A model generated the notes under the pieces. It was not told where the DNA came from and searched no databases. It saw only the letters and a program-made list of their open reading frames with translations. Shown in pieces: positions 9,294-18,325 of a stretch of DNA of 64,000 bases. Each line of letters begins with the position of its first letter. Position 1 is the first letter of the stretch. Position numbers and translations under genes: made by a program. The stretch is from an uncultured virus (IMG/VR IMGVR_UViG_3300021957_000020) (taxonomy: Duplodnaviria; Heunggongvirae; Uroviricota; Caudoviricetes): IMG/VR virus record IMGVR_UViG_3300021957_000020. One strand, given 5' to 3'.

Positions 9294-9720
9294 CTGGTTA
9301 TACGAAGGAAGAATATTTACACCACCTGAAGAGTTTACACCAGAAGTTTGGTATGGATTCGTATATTGTATAACAAATAGAGCAAATGCAAGACAATACA
9401 TTGGAAAGAAGTTTTTTTGGAAAGCAAAGACTTTACCTATCACTAAGACTCGTAAGAGACGTAAAAAACTTAAAGTTGAATCGGATTGGCGTCTATACTA
9501 CGGTTCGAATAAACACCTACAACAGGATGTCGAAACTATGGGAGAGGACTTCTTCCATAGAGAGATCTTACATCTCTGTAAATCGAAAGGCGAATGCGCT
9601 TATCTTGAAACAAAAGAACAATTTGAAAAAGAAGTCCTCTTGAGCGAGAAGTATTACAATGGTATCATTAATTGTAGGATTGGTGGAAATAGTGTGAAAA
9701 ACTTGTTTACAAATGACTAA
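9286..9720 (+). CDS. denA: GIY-YIG endonuclease, T4 endonuclease II-like
   Basis: YGFVYCITN...YIGKK, ESDWRLYYGS, YYNGII. Confidence 0.8.
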   Translation: MNNWLYEGRIFTPPEEFTPEVWYGFVYCITNRANARQYIGKKFFWKAKTLPITKTRKRRKKLKVESDWRLYYGSNKHLQQDVETMGEDFFHREILHLCKSKGECAYLETKEQFEKEVLLSEKYYNGIINCRIGGNSVKNLFTND

Positions 9721-9734
9721 AACTATGATATAAT
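9705..9734 (+). promoter_or_regulatory. Early promoter
   Basis: GTTTACA-N17-TATAAT. Confidence 0.85.
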
Positions 9735-9743
9735 ATAACTATT

Positions 9744-10178
9744 ATGGCAAAAATATTACAGTTTCCAACTAAGGAAATAATAAAAGAAAAAGACGAAGCA
9801 GACAATCTTAATAAATTAAGTGATGAATGCGTAGATAGCTCACACTTCTTATTAGAAGTATTAGAAGAGTTTATTAACACTGGTGAAGTACATAAAGACT
9901 TTATTGATATGGATTTCAGAGATGAGACCAAACAAGAGTCAAGAGACATGTTTGTTATTGTTAATATGATGAATGCAATGTTTACTCGTTGGTATGGAAT
10001 CCCACATGGATTACACCAAACAATGGATAACGCTTATATTAAAGTAAAAGAAATGATCGTCTTAAACGAAGAAGCCAACCATGAACTCGCTGAATATATC
10101 TTCGAACCAGAAGATAGCGATATGGATATCGAATTTACATTTACACCTGAGGACCCAGAAAATAATGATACTGATTGA
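9744..10178 (+). CDS. Hypothetical protein
   Basis: 144 aa, starts MAKILQFP, directly behind an early promoter. Confidence 0.7.
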   Translation: MAKILQFPTKEIIKEKDEADNLNKLSDECVDSSHFLLEVLEEFINTGEVHKDFIDMDFRDETKQESRDMFVIVNMMNAMFTRWYGIPHGLHQTMDNAYIKVKEMIVLNEEANHELAEYIFEPEDSDMDIEFTFTPEDPENNDTD

Positions 10179-11019
10179 TTACAGCCAAATAGCGCTGTCT
10201 AATATAATAGTTCAAAAACTTAATGATGAACAAATGATACGACATATGATACTTAATAGTATACGTATGTACAACAAGAGATACAGAGAAGAGTATGGCC
10301 AAGTGGTTATATGTGCTGATGGTATGAATACTTGGAGAAAAGAATTCTTTCCAGAGTACAAAGCAGCTCGTAAAAAAGGCAGAGAAAGCTCTGGTATGGA
10401 CTGGACAGAGATCTTTAGAATCTTACATACAGTAAGAGATGAGATAAGAGATTACCTACCATATAAAGTTGTTCATCTTGAAGGCGTAGAAGCTGATGAT
10501 GTTATTGGCACACTTACAATGCAAACACAAGAGTTTGGTCAAGACGAACCAATCATGATCATATCATCAGATAAAGACTTTATTCAACTACAGAAATTTA
10601 AGAATGTAAAACAATTTAGTCCTATACAAAAGAAATTCGTAAAGGATGCTAATCCACGCACATATCTCTTTAATCATATTATGAGAGGAGATAGCGGAGA
10701 TGGTATACCAAACGTTCTGTCAGCTGACGATACCTTTATTACCGAAAAGAGTCAAACTCCTTTAAGGCAAACAAGGATCGATGCATGGGCAGAAAATGCA
10801 GATAACCTCAGAGAATCAATGGATGATGAGGTATATCGCAACTATCAGCGTAATAAAACTTTGATAGATTTAACAGACATTCCTGAAAGCGTGCAGGAAT
10901 CTATTATAAATAATTTTAATGGGCAACAAAAAACGCCAAATATGAAAGTATTAAACTATCTTATTAAAAAGAGATGTAATCATTTGATTGAAGTCGTGGA
11001 GGAATTTTACAATGGCTAG
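10165..11019 (+). CDS. rnh: T4-type RNase H / 5'-3' exonuclease
   Basis: MILID start, WRKEFFPEYKAAR, EADDVIG, SSDKDFIQL, GDSGDGIPN. Confidence 0.95.
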   Translation: MILIDYSQIALSNIIVQKLNDEQMIRHMILNSIRMYNKRYREEYGQVVICADGMNTWRKEFFPEYKAARKKGRESSGMDWTEIFRILHTVRDEIRDYLPYKVVHLEGVEADDVIGTLTMQTQEFGQDEPIMIISSDKDFIQLQKFKNVKQFSPIQKKFVKDANPRTYLFNHIMRGDSGDGIPNVLSADDTFITEKSQTPLRQTRIDAWAENADNLRESMDDEVYRNYQRNKTLIDLTDIPESVQESIINNFNGQQKTPNMKVLNYLIKKRCNHLIEVVEEFYNG

Positions 11020-11461
11020 AAAATTAGTATCAGAAACGTTAGAAAAAGCGGGATCGATAATACAAAGGGAAGAACGAATCAAGTTCTTAAGAGATAATAA
11101 AACACCAGGTCTTACTGACCTATTAAGAATAAACTACGATGCAGATATCGTAAGTCTTCTACCAGAAGGCGCACCATCATATAAAAAAGATGACGCTCCT
11201 AAAGGATACGAATATACAAATCTTAATAAAGCTTATACACAGTTTAAGTACTTCTTTAAAGGACCAGTCGGCCTCGGCGTAAAACCTTTAAAAAGAGAAG
11301 GCATGTTCTTAAACTTGTTAGAGACACTAAATCCAGAAGAAGCTGAATTACTCATCCTTGCAAAGGATAAGAAAATGAAGCTTAAAGGCATTACACCAAG
11401 ATTGGTCAATGATGCATTTCCAAATTTGATTAAAAAAGGGGCTGTAACAGACCCTGCATAG
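11012..11461 (+). CDS. Conserved T4-like hypothetical protein following rnh
   Basis: LPEGAPSY...KREGMFLNLLETLNPEEAELLI...KDKK pattern. Confidence 0.75.
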   Translation: MARKLVSETLEKAGSIIQREERIKFLRDNKTPGLTDLLRINYDADIVSLLPEGAPSYKKDDAPKGYEYTNLNKAYTQFKYFFKGPVGLGVKPLKREGMFLNLLETLNPEEAELLILAKDKKMKLKGITPRLVNDAFPNLIKKGAVTDPA

Positions 11462-11520
11462 GAGGTGATCCCGAACTTTTCGTTATGAGGTTATTTAATT
11501 TTTATAATATAGGAGAATCT

Positions 11521-11670
11521 ATGTTTGCACAAATTGAAAGACTGAAGAAAGATATTTCTGAAGCAATAGTCTATAAAAGAAAATTAGTTAAAAAAGGTAA
11601 GAACAACAAAGCTTACCGAATGGGAAAGAAAATTGACTACATGTATCACACACTAAATGAAATGAAATAA
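11521..11670 (+). CDS. Small basic hypothetical protein
   Basis: RBS AGGAG before MFAQIERLKK. Confidence 0.6.
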   Translation: MFAQIERLKKDISEAIVYKRKLVKKGKNNKAYRMGKKIDYMYHTLNEMK

Positions 11671-11673
11671 AAC

Positions 11674-11703
11674 GTTTACATTTATTTGAAACTATGATAT
11701 AAT
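11674..11703 (+). promoter_or_regulatory. Early promoter
   Basis: GTTTACA-N17-TATAAT. Confidence 0.85.
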
Positions 11704-11710
11704 ATACATT

Positions 11711-12280
11711 ATGAACATTTTTATACTAGATAATGACCCAGTGATTGCAGCACAAGAGCAGTGTGACAAACATGTCGTTAAAATGATTGTCGAGTCTGCT
11801 CAAATGCTATCAACAGTCCATCGAATGCTCGATGGCACTATGGAACGAAGACCCTCTAAGTCGGGAGCAATGCTTCAATATTGGAAGCTACATGACGAAC
11901 GCGAAACTACTCTCTACAAAGCATGTCATTTCAATCATCCATCAACAGTATGGACAAGAGAATGTGGATTAAACTATGATTGGCATTACAAACACTTTAT
12001 TGGCCTTTGCGATGAGTATACCTATAGGTATGGCAAAGTGCATTCAACAGATACAAAGCTCAGAGTAGCTCTTAAAACAAAACCAAGTATGATTCCGGAA
12101 GAAAATCAAATGACTCCATTTAAACTTGCAATGAGCGCAAGACCGGAATGCATTCTTAAATGCCCAGTTGAATCTTATCGTAGATTCTATGAAACAAAAC
12201 AAGAGCGATTTAAAATGGTATGGACTAAAAGGTCTCAACCAACATGGTTTAATCAACAAAAGAATAATGCTAACGTATAA
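11711..12280 (+). CDS. Pyrimidine-dimer DNA glycosylase family protein (DenV-like)
   Basis: MNIFILD...CDKHVVKMIVESAQMLST...HFNHPSTVW...EYTYRYGKVH. Confidence 0.8.
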   Translation: MNIFILDNDPVIAAQEQCDKHVVKMIVESAQMLSTVHRMLDGTMERRPSKSGAMLQYWKLHDERETTLYKACHFNHPSTVWTRECGLNYDWHYKHFIGLCDEYTYRYGKVHSTDTKLRVALKTKPSMIPEENQMTPFKLAMSARPECILKCPVESYRRFYETKQERFKMVWTKRSQPTWFNQQKNNANV

Positions 12281-13199
12281 ATTGTACGAATATCGATATA
12301 CATTCAAAGGTAACTTTAAGCATGCAGCTAACTGTATAAAAGCGGCGTTAGATATGAAAGGTTATAGAGAAGTTTATGTACCTGATGAAAAAGTAGATCT
12401 TCATGTATACAATCATACAGCAAGAGACTTAGAACCTCATATGCCAGAAAATTCTATTATATTTAAACCAACAGCTCCTACAAGTAAGCATTTTCAAATA
12501 TGCGATTTAGGATATGCAAATAGCTCTCGTATTACATTTGAAAAGCCGCCATATAAAGATTTTACATGGACAAAGAATATTGATTGGGGCTATATTGAAA
12601 AGATGATTGAAGATCGAACTAACAAATGGGACGATTCTATTCTAGTCAAATGGGAAAAGGCTAAAAAAATACCAAAGAACCATATTCTTGTTATAGGTCA
12701 AATGCCAGAAGATGAAACAGTAAATGGCTTTGGATTTGGCGATCATTGGAAAAAAATGTGCATGATAATAGACAAACTCAAAGACGAAAATGTTGTTATT
12801 AAACTGCATCCGAGAATAAGAAAAGCAAGTCATATTATACGTGACATACACAAACAAATAGAAAAATGGGAAGAAGCTGGTCATACAGTTCTGCTTGGAT
12901 TTAAATCAATGCATGATGTTCTTCCTAAAACAAGAGTTGCAATACTCGACAATTCAACAGCTGGTATAGAATGTATGATGCATGATGTACCTATAATATC
13001 ATATGGTTATCCTGATTATCATTGGATAACAAAAGATTTAAGAATATTAACAGAACTACGTGGATATATTAAGGACTTATCATGGTTTAGCAAAGAAGAC
13101 AGCAGATGCTTTTTACTTTGGTATATATATTCATATCTATGTAATGATGAGTTATCAACATATAATAGACTAGGAGAATTATTAGATGCCAACGTATGA
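12267..13199 (+). CDS. Capsular polysaccharide synthesis (KpsS/KpsC-like) glycosyltransferase
   Basis: LVIGQMPED, VIKLHPR, NSTAGIE...PIISYG motifs. Confidence 0.7.
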   Translation: MLTYKLYEYRYTFKGNFKHAANCIKAALDMKGYREVYVPDEKVDLHVYNHTARDLEPHMPENSIIFKPTAPTSKHFQICDLGYANSSRITFEKPPYKDFTWTKNIDWGYIEKMIEDRTNKWDDSILVKWEKAKKIPKNHILVIGQMPEDETVNGFGFGDHWKKMCMIIDKLKDENVVIKLHPRIRKASHIIRDIHKQIEKWEEAGHTVLLGFKSMHDVLPKTRVAILDNSTAGIECMMHDVPIISYGYPDYHWITKDLRILTELRGYIKDLSWFSKEDSRCFLLWYIYSYLCNDELSTYNRLGELLDANV

Positions 13200-13431
13200 A
13201 TTTAAAAACAATGAAACAGAAGAAGTGTTCGAAAGAATAATGTCTTACGAAAGTAAAATAGAATTCTTAGAAGAGAATCCTCATATTCAATCTCATTATA
13301 CAACAATGAATATTGATCATGATGGTGGAAAGTCAGTTCTTACAAGAGCCGGATCAGGCTGGAAAGAAGTACAAGATAGAATTAAAGCGGGCATGCCTCC
13401 TAGATTAAGAGATAACATTAAAACTAAATGA
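13186..13431 (+). CDS. FmdB-like small regulatory protein (Cys-less variant)
   Basis: MPTYEFKN...E.FE start; GWKEVQDRIK. Confidence 0.6.
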   Translation: MPTYEFKNNETEEVFERIMSYESKIEFLEENPHIQSHYTTMNIDHDGGKSVLTRAGSGWKEVQDRIKAGMPPRLRDNIKTK

Positions 13432-13556
13432 AATCATTAATGTTGATAGTGCCTACTATAATAATAGGAATTTGGATTATTGACGTATCGATATTCGAAT
13501 ATAAACAATATAAAAGAAGGAAAAATGAAAAAGCAAGAACTAGTAAAACTATTTGA
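13428..13556 (+). CDS. 42-aa single-TM peptide (not in ORF track)
   Basis: MKSLMLIVPTIIIGIWIIDV then basic tail; ATGA-coupled. Confidence 0.55.
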   Translation: MKSLMLIVPTIIIGIWIIDVSIFEYKQYKRRKNEKARTSKTI

Positions 13557-13755
13557 AAACATACCTAACGAAGATAAAGAAGGACATATTGAAGGTATAT
13601 TCTTTGATAGATTTGGTGGTATAACATATACAGATAGTATTAGATTAGATATGGACGGCGGAAGACTTATTATGGTACAACAAGGCTGTGATAACTTTGA
13701 GTCAAATAATGCTAATTGGCAACAAGAGGTAAATTTTAATGCCAAGAAAAAATAA
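13525..13755 (+). CDS. Hypothetical protein
   Basis: Start MKKQELVK after AAGGA. Confidence 0.6.
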   Translation: MKKQELVKLFENIPNEDKEGHIEGIFFDRFGGITYTDSIRLDMDGGRLIMVQQGCDNFESNNANWQQEVNFNAKKK

Positions 13756-13939
13756 AACAACCGAAGAAAAATTACTACAAGTAGCAAATCTATCTCCAGA
13801 CGAAGACTGGATAGAGAAAATTGTAGATGTACATCCAATGAAACAGGTAGCTATTATGTCAGTAGTACAAGCCATAGTGTTTTTTGGTATGTTAGGAGTA
13901 ATGGCAATAACTGATCTATATTTAGAAGGAATGATATGA
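13739..13939 (+). CDS. Small membrane protein
   Basis: C-terminal hydrophobic helix. Confidence 0.6.
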   Translation: MPRKNKTTEEKLLQVANLSPDEDWIEKIVDVHPMKQVAIMSVVQAIVFFGMLGVMAITDLYLEGMI

Positions 13940-14610
13940 AATTTAAACATGAACCGGCCGATCTTGGCTACAACGATCTAGAAGCTGTCACAGGAGACAG
14001 TGGAAGATTTTACACAGATCCAGAAGGAAATAAGTACGCATCAGTAACTACAGTTCTTTCAATACTATCTGAAGAAGCAATTCAAGCTTGGAGAGCAAGA
14101 GTTGGAGAAGAAGAAGCAAATAGAATATCGAGACAAGCAAGCTCTCGTGGAACAACAGTACATAACATTATAGAAAAATATGTAGCAAATGATCCAGATT
14201 ATATCAAAGGAGAAATGCCACATAACGTTCAAACATTTAAAGATATACAACCAGTCTTAGACGAAAGCGTAACAAAGGTCTATCAACAAGAAGCTCCTTT
14301 ATTTTCTAAACATTTGGGTTTAGCAGGTAGAGTGGACTTAGTAGGTCAATGGAAAGGAGTTGATTCAATCATAGATTGGAAAACTTCTCGTAAGCTTAAG
14401 AAAAAAGAATGGATTAGTTCTTACTTCATGCAGTGCGCAGCATATGCTATCATGTGGGAAGAAAGAACAGGCCAACCAATTAAACAGTTAGTAGTATGTA
14501 TTGCTGGAGATGAAGGTTCTCAAGTCTTTGTAGAAGATAGAGATAACTGGACAAAAGATCTAATTAATACTATTAATGAATATAAACGAAGAAAACTATT
14601 TGGGAGATAG
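13936..14610 (+). CDS. PD-(D/E)XK exonuclease (Cas4/RecB-like, marine T4-like type)
   Basis: SVTTVLS, RGTTVH, LAGRVD, IIDWKTS, YFMQCAAY. Confidence 0.88.
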   Translation: MKFKHEPADLGYNDLEAVTGDSGRFYTDPEGNKYASVTTVLSILSEEAIQAWRARVGEEEANRISRQASSRGTTVHNIIEKYVANDPDYIKGEMPHNVQTFKDIQPVLDESVTKVYQQEAPLFSKHLGLAGRVDLVGQWKGVDSIIDWKTSRKLKKKEWISSYFMQCAAYAIMWEERTGQPIKQLVVCIAGDEGSQVFVEDRDNWTKDLINTINEYKRRKLFGR

Positions 14611-14612
14611 AA

Positions 14613-14828
14613 ATGACAGCAAATTATAAAGGAAGAATAATTGAAACGCTTAAAACGTCAGCAAAGGCTAATATCGATAAACACATTATGAATGTTGATA
14701 TATTGATTGGAAGCCACACTGGAGTAGCAGAGCATCCTGATATGATGGAAACAATTGAAAAAGAATTACTTGAAGCAGCTAAGTATCAAGACATTCTAGA
14801 CATGCTTAATTCACACATAGGTAGATAA
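14613..14828 (+). CDS. Conserved small hypothetical protein
   Basis: GVAEHPDMMETIEKEL motif common in marine myoviruses. Confidence 0.7.
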   Translation: MTANYKGRIIETLKTSAKANIDKHIMNVDILIGSHTGVAEHPDMMETIEKELLEAAKYQDILDMLNSHIGR

Positions 14829-14832
14829 AAAG

Positions 14833-14883
14833 TATAAATAGATATATAAATACGTTTACATTTACGTAAAAGTATGATATAAT
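14833..14883 (+). promoter_or_regulatory. Two late promoters followed by an early promoter
   Basis: TATAAATA at 14833 and 14845; GTTTACA(14854)-N17-TATAAT(14878). Confidence 0.8.
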
Positions 14884-14892
14884 ATATCTATA

Positions 14893-15498
14893 ATGAAAAA
14901 GTTTAATGAATTTCTTACAGAAAGAGCTGGCAAAGGTTTAACTATCTTTGATATCGATGACACTATGTTTGTCTCAAAAGCTCGAGTTATAGTAAGAAAT
15001 ATTAATACTGGAAAGACAAAATCTTTAACTCCTCAACAATTTAATACATATAAGTTAAGAGGTAATGAAGAGTTTGATTATGGAGAGTTTAGATCTTCTA
15101 AAATATTCTATCAGACTGCGACTCCAATAGCTCGTATGATTCAAAAGGCAAAAGCGATTATTCGTAACGCTACAAAAAAAGGATCAAAAGTTATTGTAGT
15201 AACAGCAAGATCAGATATGGACGATAAGAATCTCTTTATAAAGACTTTTGAAGCTCATGGTATACCAATGAAAAATGTATACGTTGAAAGAGCCGGCAAT
15301 ATGGCAGGTTCAAGCGCTGAAAACAAAAAAGTTATCTTTCGAAAGTATTTAAAAACTGGAGAATATGCGAGAGTAAGATTGTTTGATGATCATAAAGAAA
15401 ATCTTCAAGCGTTACTTGATTTGAAAACAGAGTTTCCTACAACTGAGATGTTTGCTTATTTAGCAGATCTTAAAGGAGGCGTAAAAAGGATAAAATAA
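14893..15498 (+). CDS. HAD-superfamily phosphatase
   Basis: FDIDDT motif I, VVTAR motif II, K, LFDD motif IV; N-terminus MKKFNEFLTE. Confidence 0.8.
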   Translation: MKKFNEFLTERAGKGLTIFDIDDTMFVSKARVIVRNINTGKTKSLTPQQFNTYKLRGNEEFDYGEFRSSKIFYQTATPIARMIQKAKAIIRNATKKGSKVIVVTARSDMDDKNLFIKTFEAHGIPMKNVYVERAGNMAGSSAENKKVIFRKYLKTGEYARVRLFDDHKENLQALLDLKTEFPTTEMFAYLADLKGGVKRIK

Positions 15499-15692
15499 TG
15501 GCTATAAAATTAACACAAAGCATGACGGTAAGAGATCGTCAAACAGGTAAAGTAACAACACAACATGACTATATTAAGAGTCATTCAGTGCAGGATCTTA
15601 TGGATAAGTATAATTCAGGAGATCTTAAACCAAAGGTAAAACAAAAGGTAAAAAACGAATTAGTTAGGAGAGGCGGAGTTGTCTTCAAATAA
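15498..15692 (+). CDS. Small hypothetical protein
   Basis: 64 aa, coupled; KVKQKVKNELVRRG. Confidence 0.65.
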   Translation: MAIKLTQSMTVRDRQTGKVTTQHDYIKSHSVQDLMDKYNSGDLKPKVKQKVKNELVRRGGVVFK

Positions 15693-15834
15693 ATTAGATC
15701 GTATCAAGGAAGTACTTGATTTAAAAGCATACCGACTAAAAAAGAAAAAGGAATTTAGAAGATGGCTTCTTAGTATATTCTTAGGAATCATACTTATAGT
15801 TGGAGCAATATACTATTATATAAATTATGGATAA
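15679..15834 (+). CDS. 51-aa membrane peptide (TTG start, not in ORF track)
   Basis: AGGAG upstream; basic patch followed by WLLSIFLGIILIVGAIYYYI. Confidence 0.55.
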   Translation: MSSNKLDRIKEVLDLKAYRLKKKKEFRRWLLSIFLGIILIVGAIYYYINYG

Positions 15835-16042
15835 TAAACAATGGCATGGCGGTAAAGGATCTAAACGAAGAAATTCGGATGATACTCTATACGCAGATAA
15901 TTGGGAAAAGATCTTTGGTCAAAAGAAACCAGAAATTTCTGTGCGTAAAGAAACTCCCAAACATGCTCAATCACAAATACATAAAGATCAGACAAAAGTG
16001 ATCCCAAGACGTTATAAATATACTAAAGAGGAAGAACTATGA
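15827..16042 (+). CDS. Small basic hypothetical protein
   Basis: WHGGKGSKRR...YADNWEKIFG motif. Confidence 0.65.
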   Translation: MDNKQWHGGKGSKRRNSDDTLYADNWEKIFGQKKPEISVRKETPKHAQSQIHKDQTKVIPRRYKYTKEEEL

Positions 16043-16305
16043 GCATAGATATAGACGAATTTGATTTTGGTTTTACAGCTGTAGACGAGAACGAACTTGA
16101 AGCTGTACAAAAATTAACTACAAAAGCTTCAACAGTTTCAGCAACTGCAGAAAAAACTGAAGATAAGTTAAACAATCTATATAATGCTATATTACCACTC
16201 TTATCAAATTTAAAAGCTAACCCAGAAAAAGATTATATCTATTGGCCTAAAAGGACAGAAAAAGTAGAAGCTTTTGAGGATATGATATCGGAGATAATTA
16301 AGTAA
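16039..16305 (+). CDS. Conserved small hypothetical protein
   Basis: FDFGFTAVDE...LKANPEKDYIYWP; late promoter at 16013-16020. Confidence 0.7.
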   Translation: MSIDIDEFDFGFTAVDENELEAVQKLTTKASTVSATAEKTEDKLNNLYNAILPLLSNLKANPEKDYIYWPKRTEKVEAFEDMISEIIK

Positions 16306-17024
16306 TGGCAATACCAAGTTCAGGAACAATAAAAATGGGTGGTGCAGGTACTAATAGTATCGCTCAAGTCAAAGCAGGTACTGATACTGGTACTCCTACA
16401 GCAGTTACAAACGTATCATTGAAAGGATTATCCGTAGATGGTGTAAGAGATTTTATATCTGGTGGGACAACTAATGTAGATATTGCAGTAGCTGGTAGTA
16501 CACCAAACCAAACAGCACCTTTTGCTATGTCAGAATTTCATGGATATGTTCAAACATTAGCTACAAGATATTATGCTAGTTTAAGTGAAGACGAATTCGC
16601 GCCCGATTCGAATATTATTGTACGACCACAACTTAGAATACAATACGCAAGTGGCAATATTAATGTTAATTGGTATCCTGACAGTGAAAATCCAAGTCCA
16701 AGCTCAGGCACACTTGTTTATCAAATTGTAAACCCAGCTTCTGGATACACAGTAAGAGAAACGCACACTGAGACTGGCGACGGCCCAAATTCATGGACTT
16801 ACTCAAATATACAACCAAATGGTTCAGCAGTGTCTATTCCAACTTCAACATTCTATCAAGATTGGCAACCAACGTTTGAATCTGGTGGCAGTTATGATGA
16901 TGCAGGAGCCAATAGTTCAGTCTTAACTGTAAGTCTTATTTTTGAAAAATCAGGAGAAACAACTTTTACTTATAGTTTCACATTAAATATTGACATAGAA
17001 ACTGAAGGTTCGGGTGGTGAATAA
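16305..17024 (+). CDS. Probable virion/tail-fibre accessory protein
   Basis: MAIPSSG.I start and PFAMSEFHGY motif typical of fibre-associated proteins; S/T/G-rich. Confidence 0.55.
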   Translation: MAIPSSGTIKMGGAGTNSIAQVKAGTDTGTPTAVTNVSLKGLSVDGVRDFISGGTTNVDIAVAGSTPNQTAPFAMSEFHGYVQTLATRYYASLSEDEFAPDSNIIVRPQLRIQYASGNINVNWYPDSENPSPSSGTLVYQIVNPASGYTVRETHTETGDGPNSWTYSNIQPNGSAVSIPTSTFYQDWQPTFESGGSYDDAGANSSVLTVSLIFEKSGETTFTYSFTLNIDIETEGSGGE

Positions 17025-17030
17025 TATTTT

Positions 17031-17723
17031 ATGTTACCTAAACCTATAGGTGGAATATATGATATTGATTGTATTGTATCATTTTCAGGTGGCGTAGAAT
17101 CAACAGCGTTATTACAATATTTACAAGATAAAAATTTAAACCCAATTGCAATATATAGTCATTATCCAATGAAAACTAACAGAATACAAGCTACTACGAT
17201 TCCTCAACATTTAGAACAAATATGTAAGATTTTAAATGTGAAATTGATAGTACACACTCATCAAAATTATCAAAATAACAATGAAACTGAACAATACTTT
17301 TATTCTACCAGACATTGGTTATTAGCAATGTGTAATGCTTCATTAAGATTTTCTAAAATAAAAAACTTTTATTGGGGAGCTAATAGTGGTCTGTTAGAGT
17401 TTAATGATGGAGTGGGAGACTGTTCTATCGTCGACCCTACAAAGTATCAAGTTCAAAATGTATTTGAAGCATTACAAAACATACCTAGAAAGGTAGATGG
17501 TTATCATGATGCAGATTCGAAGCATGCTGATGGTTCATATAAAGCAAATATTGATTGGAAAAACAAACAAACAATATCAGCACCATTAATTGGTTGGACA
17601 AAAAAACAACAATGGGATTATATAAGAAACGATATAAAAGAATTAATTCAAAGCTGTGTAAGCTATAATAATTGTGGAAGATGCGTTAAGTGCGAAGAAT
17701 TTCAACTATTAGAAAGTGTATAA
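17031..17723 (+). CDS. QueC-like PP-loop ATPase
   Basis: SFSGGVEST PP-loop; C-terminal SC-x4-CGRCVKC zinc site. Confidence 0.75.
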   Translation: MLPKPIGGIYDIDCIVSFSGGVESTALLQYLQDKNLNPIAIYSHYPMKTNRIQATTIPQHLEQICKILNVKLIVHTHQNYQNNNETEQYFYSTRHWLLAMCNASLRFSKIKNFYWGANSGLLEFNDGVGDCSIVDPTKYQVQNVFEALQNIPRKVDGYHDADSKHADGSYKANIDWKNKQTISAPLIGWTKKQQWDYIRNDIKELIQSCVSYNNCGRCVKCEEFQLLESV

Positions 17724-17726
17724 ATA
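17719..17726 (+). promoter_or_regulatory. Late promoter for lysozyme
   Basis: TATAAATA upstream of 17751. Confidence 0.75.
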
Positions 17727-17750
17727 AAACAGCAATAAGAGGTATTTAAA

Positions 17751-18221
17751 ATGTTTTGGAATAAAGAATCTAAAGAAATTAATATAGAACAACTAAAAGA
17801 AACACTCAAAGTAGATGAAGGTGTAGTATATAAAATATACAAAGATCACCTGGGTTATCCTACATTTGGAATAGGACATTTAGTTATTAAAGAAGACAAG
17901 GAATTCGGTAAAGATATTGGCACTGAAATTTCAGAGGATCGTGTAAACGAATGCTTTGAATCAGATGTACAATCTGTAATCGATGATTGTAAAAAACTGC
18001 ATGATGGTTGGGATGGTTATCCTCAAGAGGCTAAACAAATAATCGCAAACATGATGTTTAATATGGGACTTACGCGCTTGAGTAAATTTAAGAACCACAA
18101 TGCAGCGCTGCAAAGTGGGGATTGGAAGGAGGCTGCCAAAGAAGGCAGAGATTCAAAATGGCACAAGCAAGTGACAAACAGAGCCGAGAGGCTAATGAAG
18201 AGACTCGAGGAGATCAAATAA
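17751..18221 (+). CDS. T4-type lysozyme (GH24 endolysin)
   Basis: LKVDEG-x7-D-x5-TFGIGHL catalytic triad; NMMFNMG; SKWHKQVTNRAERL. Confidence 0.92.
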   Translation: MFWNKESKEINIEQLKETLKVDEGVVYKIYKDHLGYPTFGIGHLVIKEDKEFGKDIGTEISEDRVNECFESDVQSVIDDCKKLHDGWDGYPQEAKQIIANMMFNMGLTRLSKFKNHNAALQSGDWKEAAKEGRDSKWHKQVTNRAERLMKRLEEIK

Positions 18222-18313
18222 AGACTGAAGAACAAAAAGGTCGATTTTGGTGCCACGAAAGAAAGAACTATTTCAGTTGGAAAGAGTTCATTAATTATAA
18301 CTATAAGACCTAG
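18158..18313 (+). CDS. Small hypothetical protein overlapping the lysozyme 3' end
   Basis: Open frame fills the gap to the next RBS; GRFWCHERKNYFSWKEF. Confidence 0.45.
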   Translation: MAQASDKQSREANEETRGDQIKTEEQKGRFWCHERKNYFSWKEFINYNYKT

Positions 18314-18325
18314 GAGGTATATATT

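Noticed and set aside
9286..9720. Mobile GIY-YIG homing endonuclease or intron
   Set aside because: Short, lacks a DNA-binding tail, and has the motifs and position of endonuclease II; nrdA and nrdB are uninterrupted
10905..10912. Intragenic TATAAATA matches (also 34106, 56510)
   Set aside because: May be real internal late promoters but are expected by chance in AT-rich DNA; not listed as features
13936..14610. Cas4-like nuclease as a sign of a CRISPR system
   Set aside because: No repeat-spacer array or other cas genes; this exonuclease is a common stand-alone gene in marine T4-like phages
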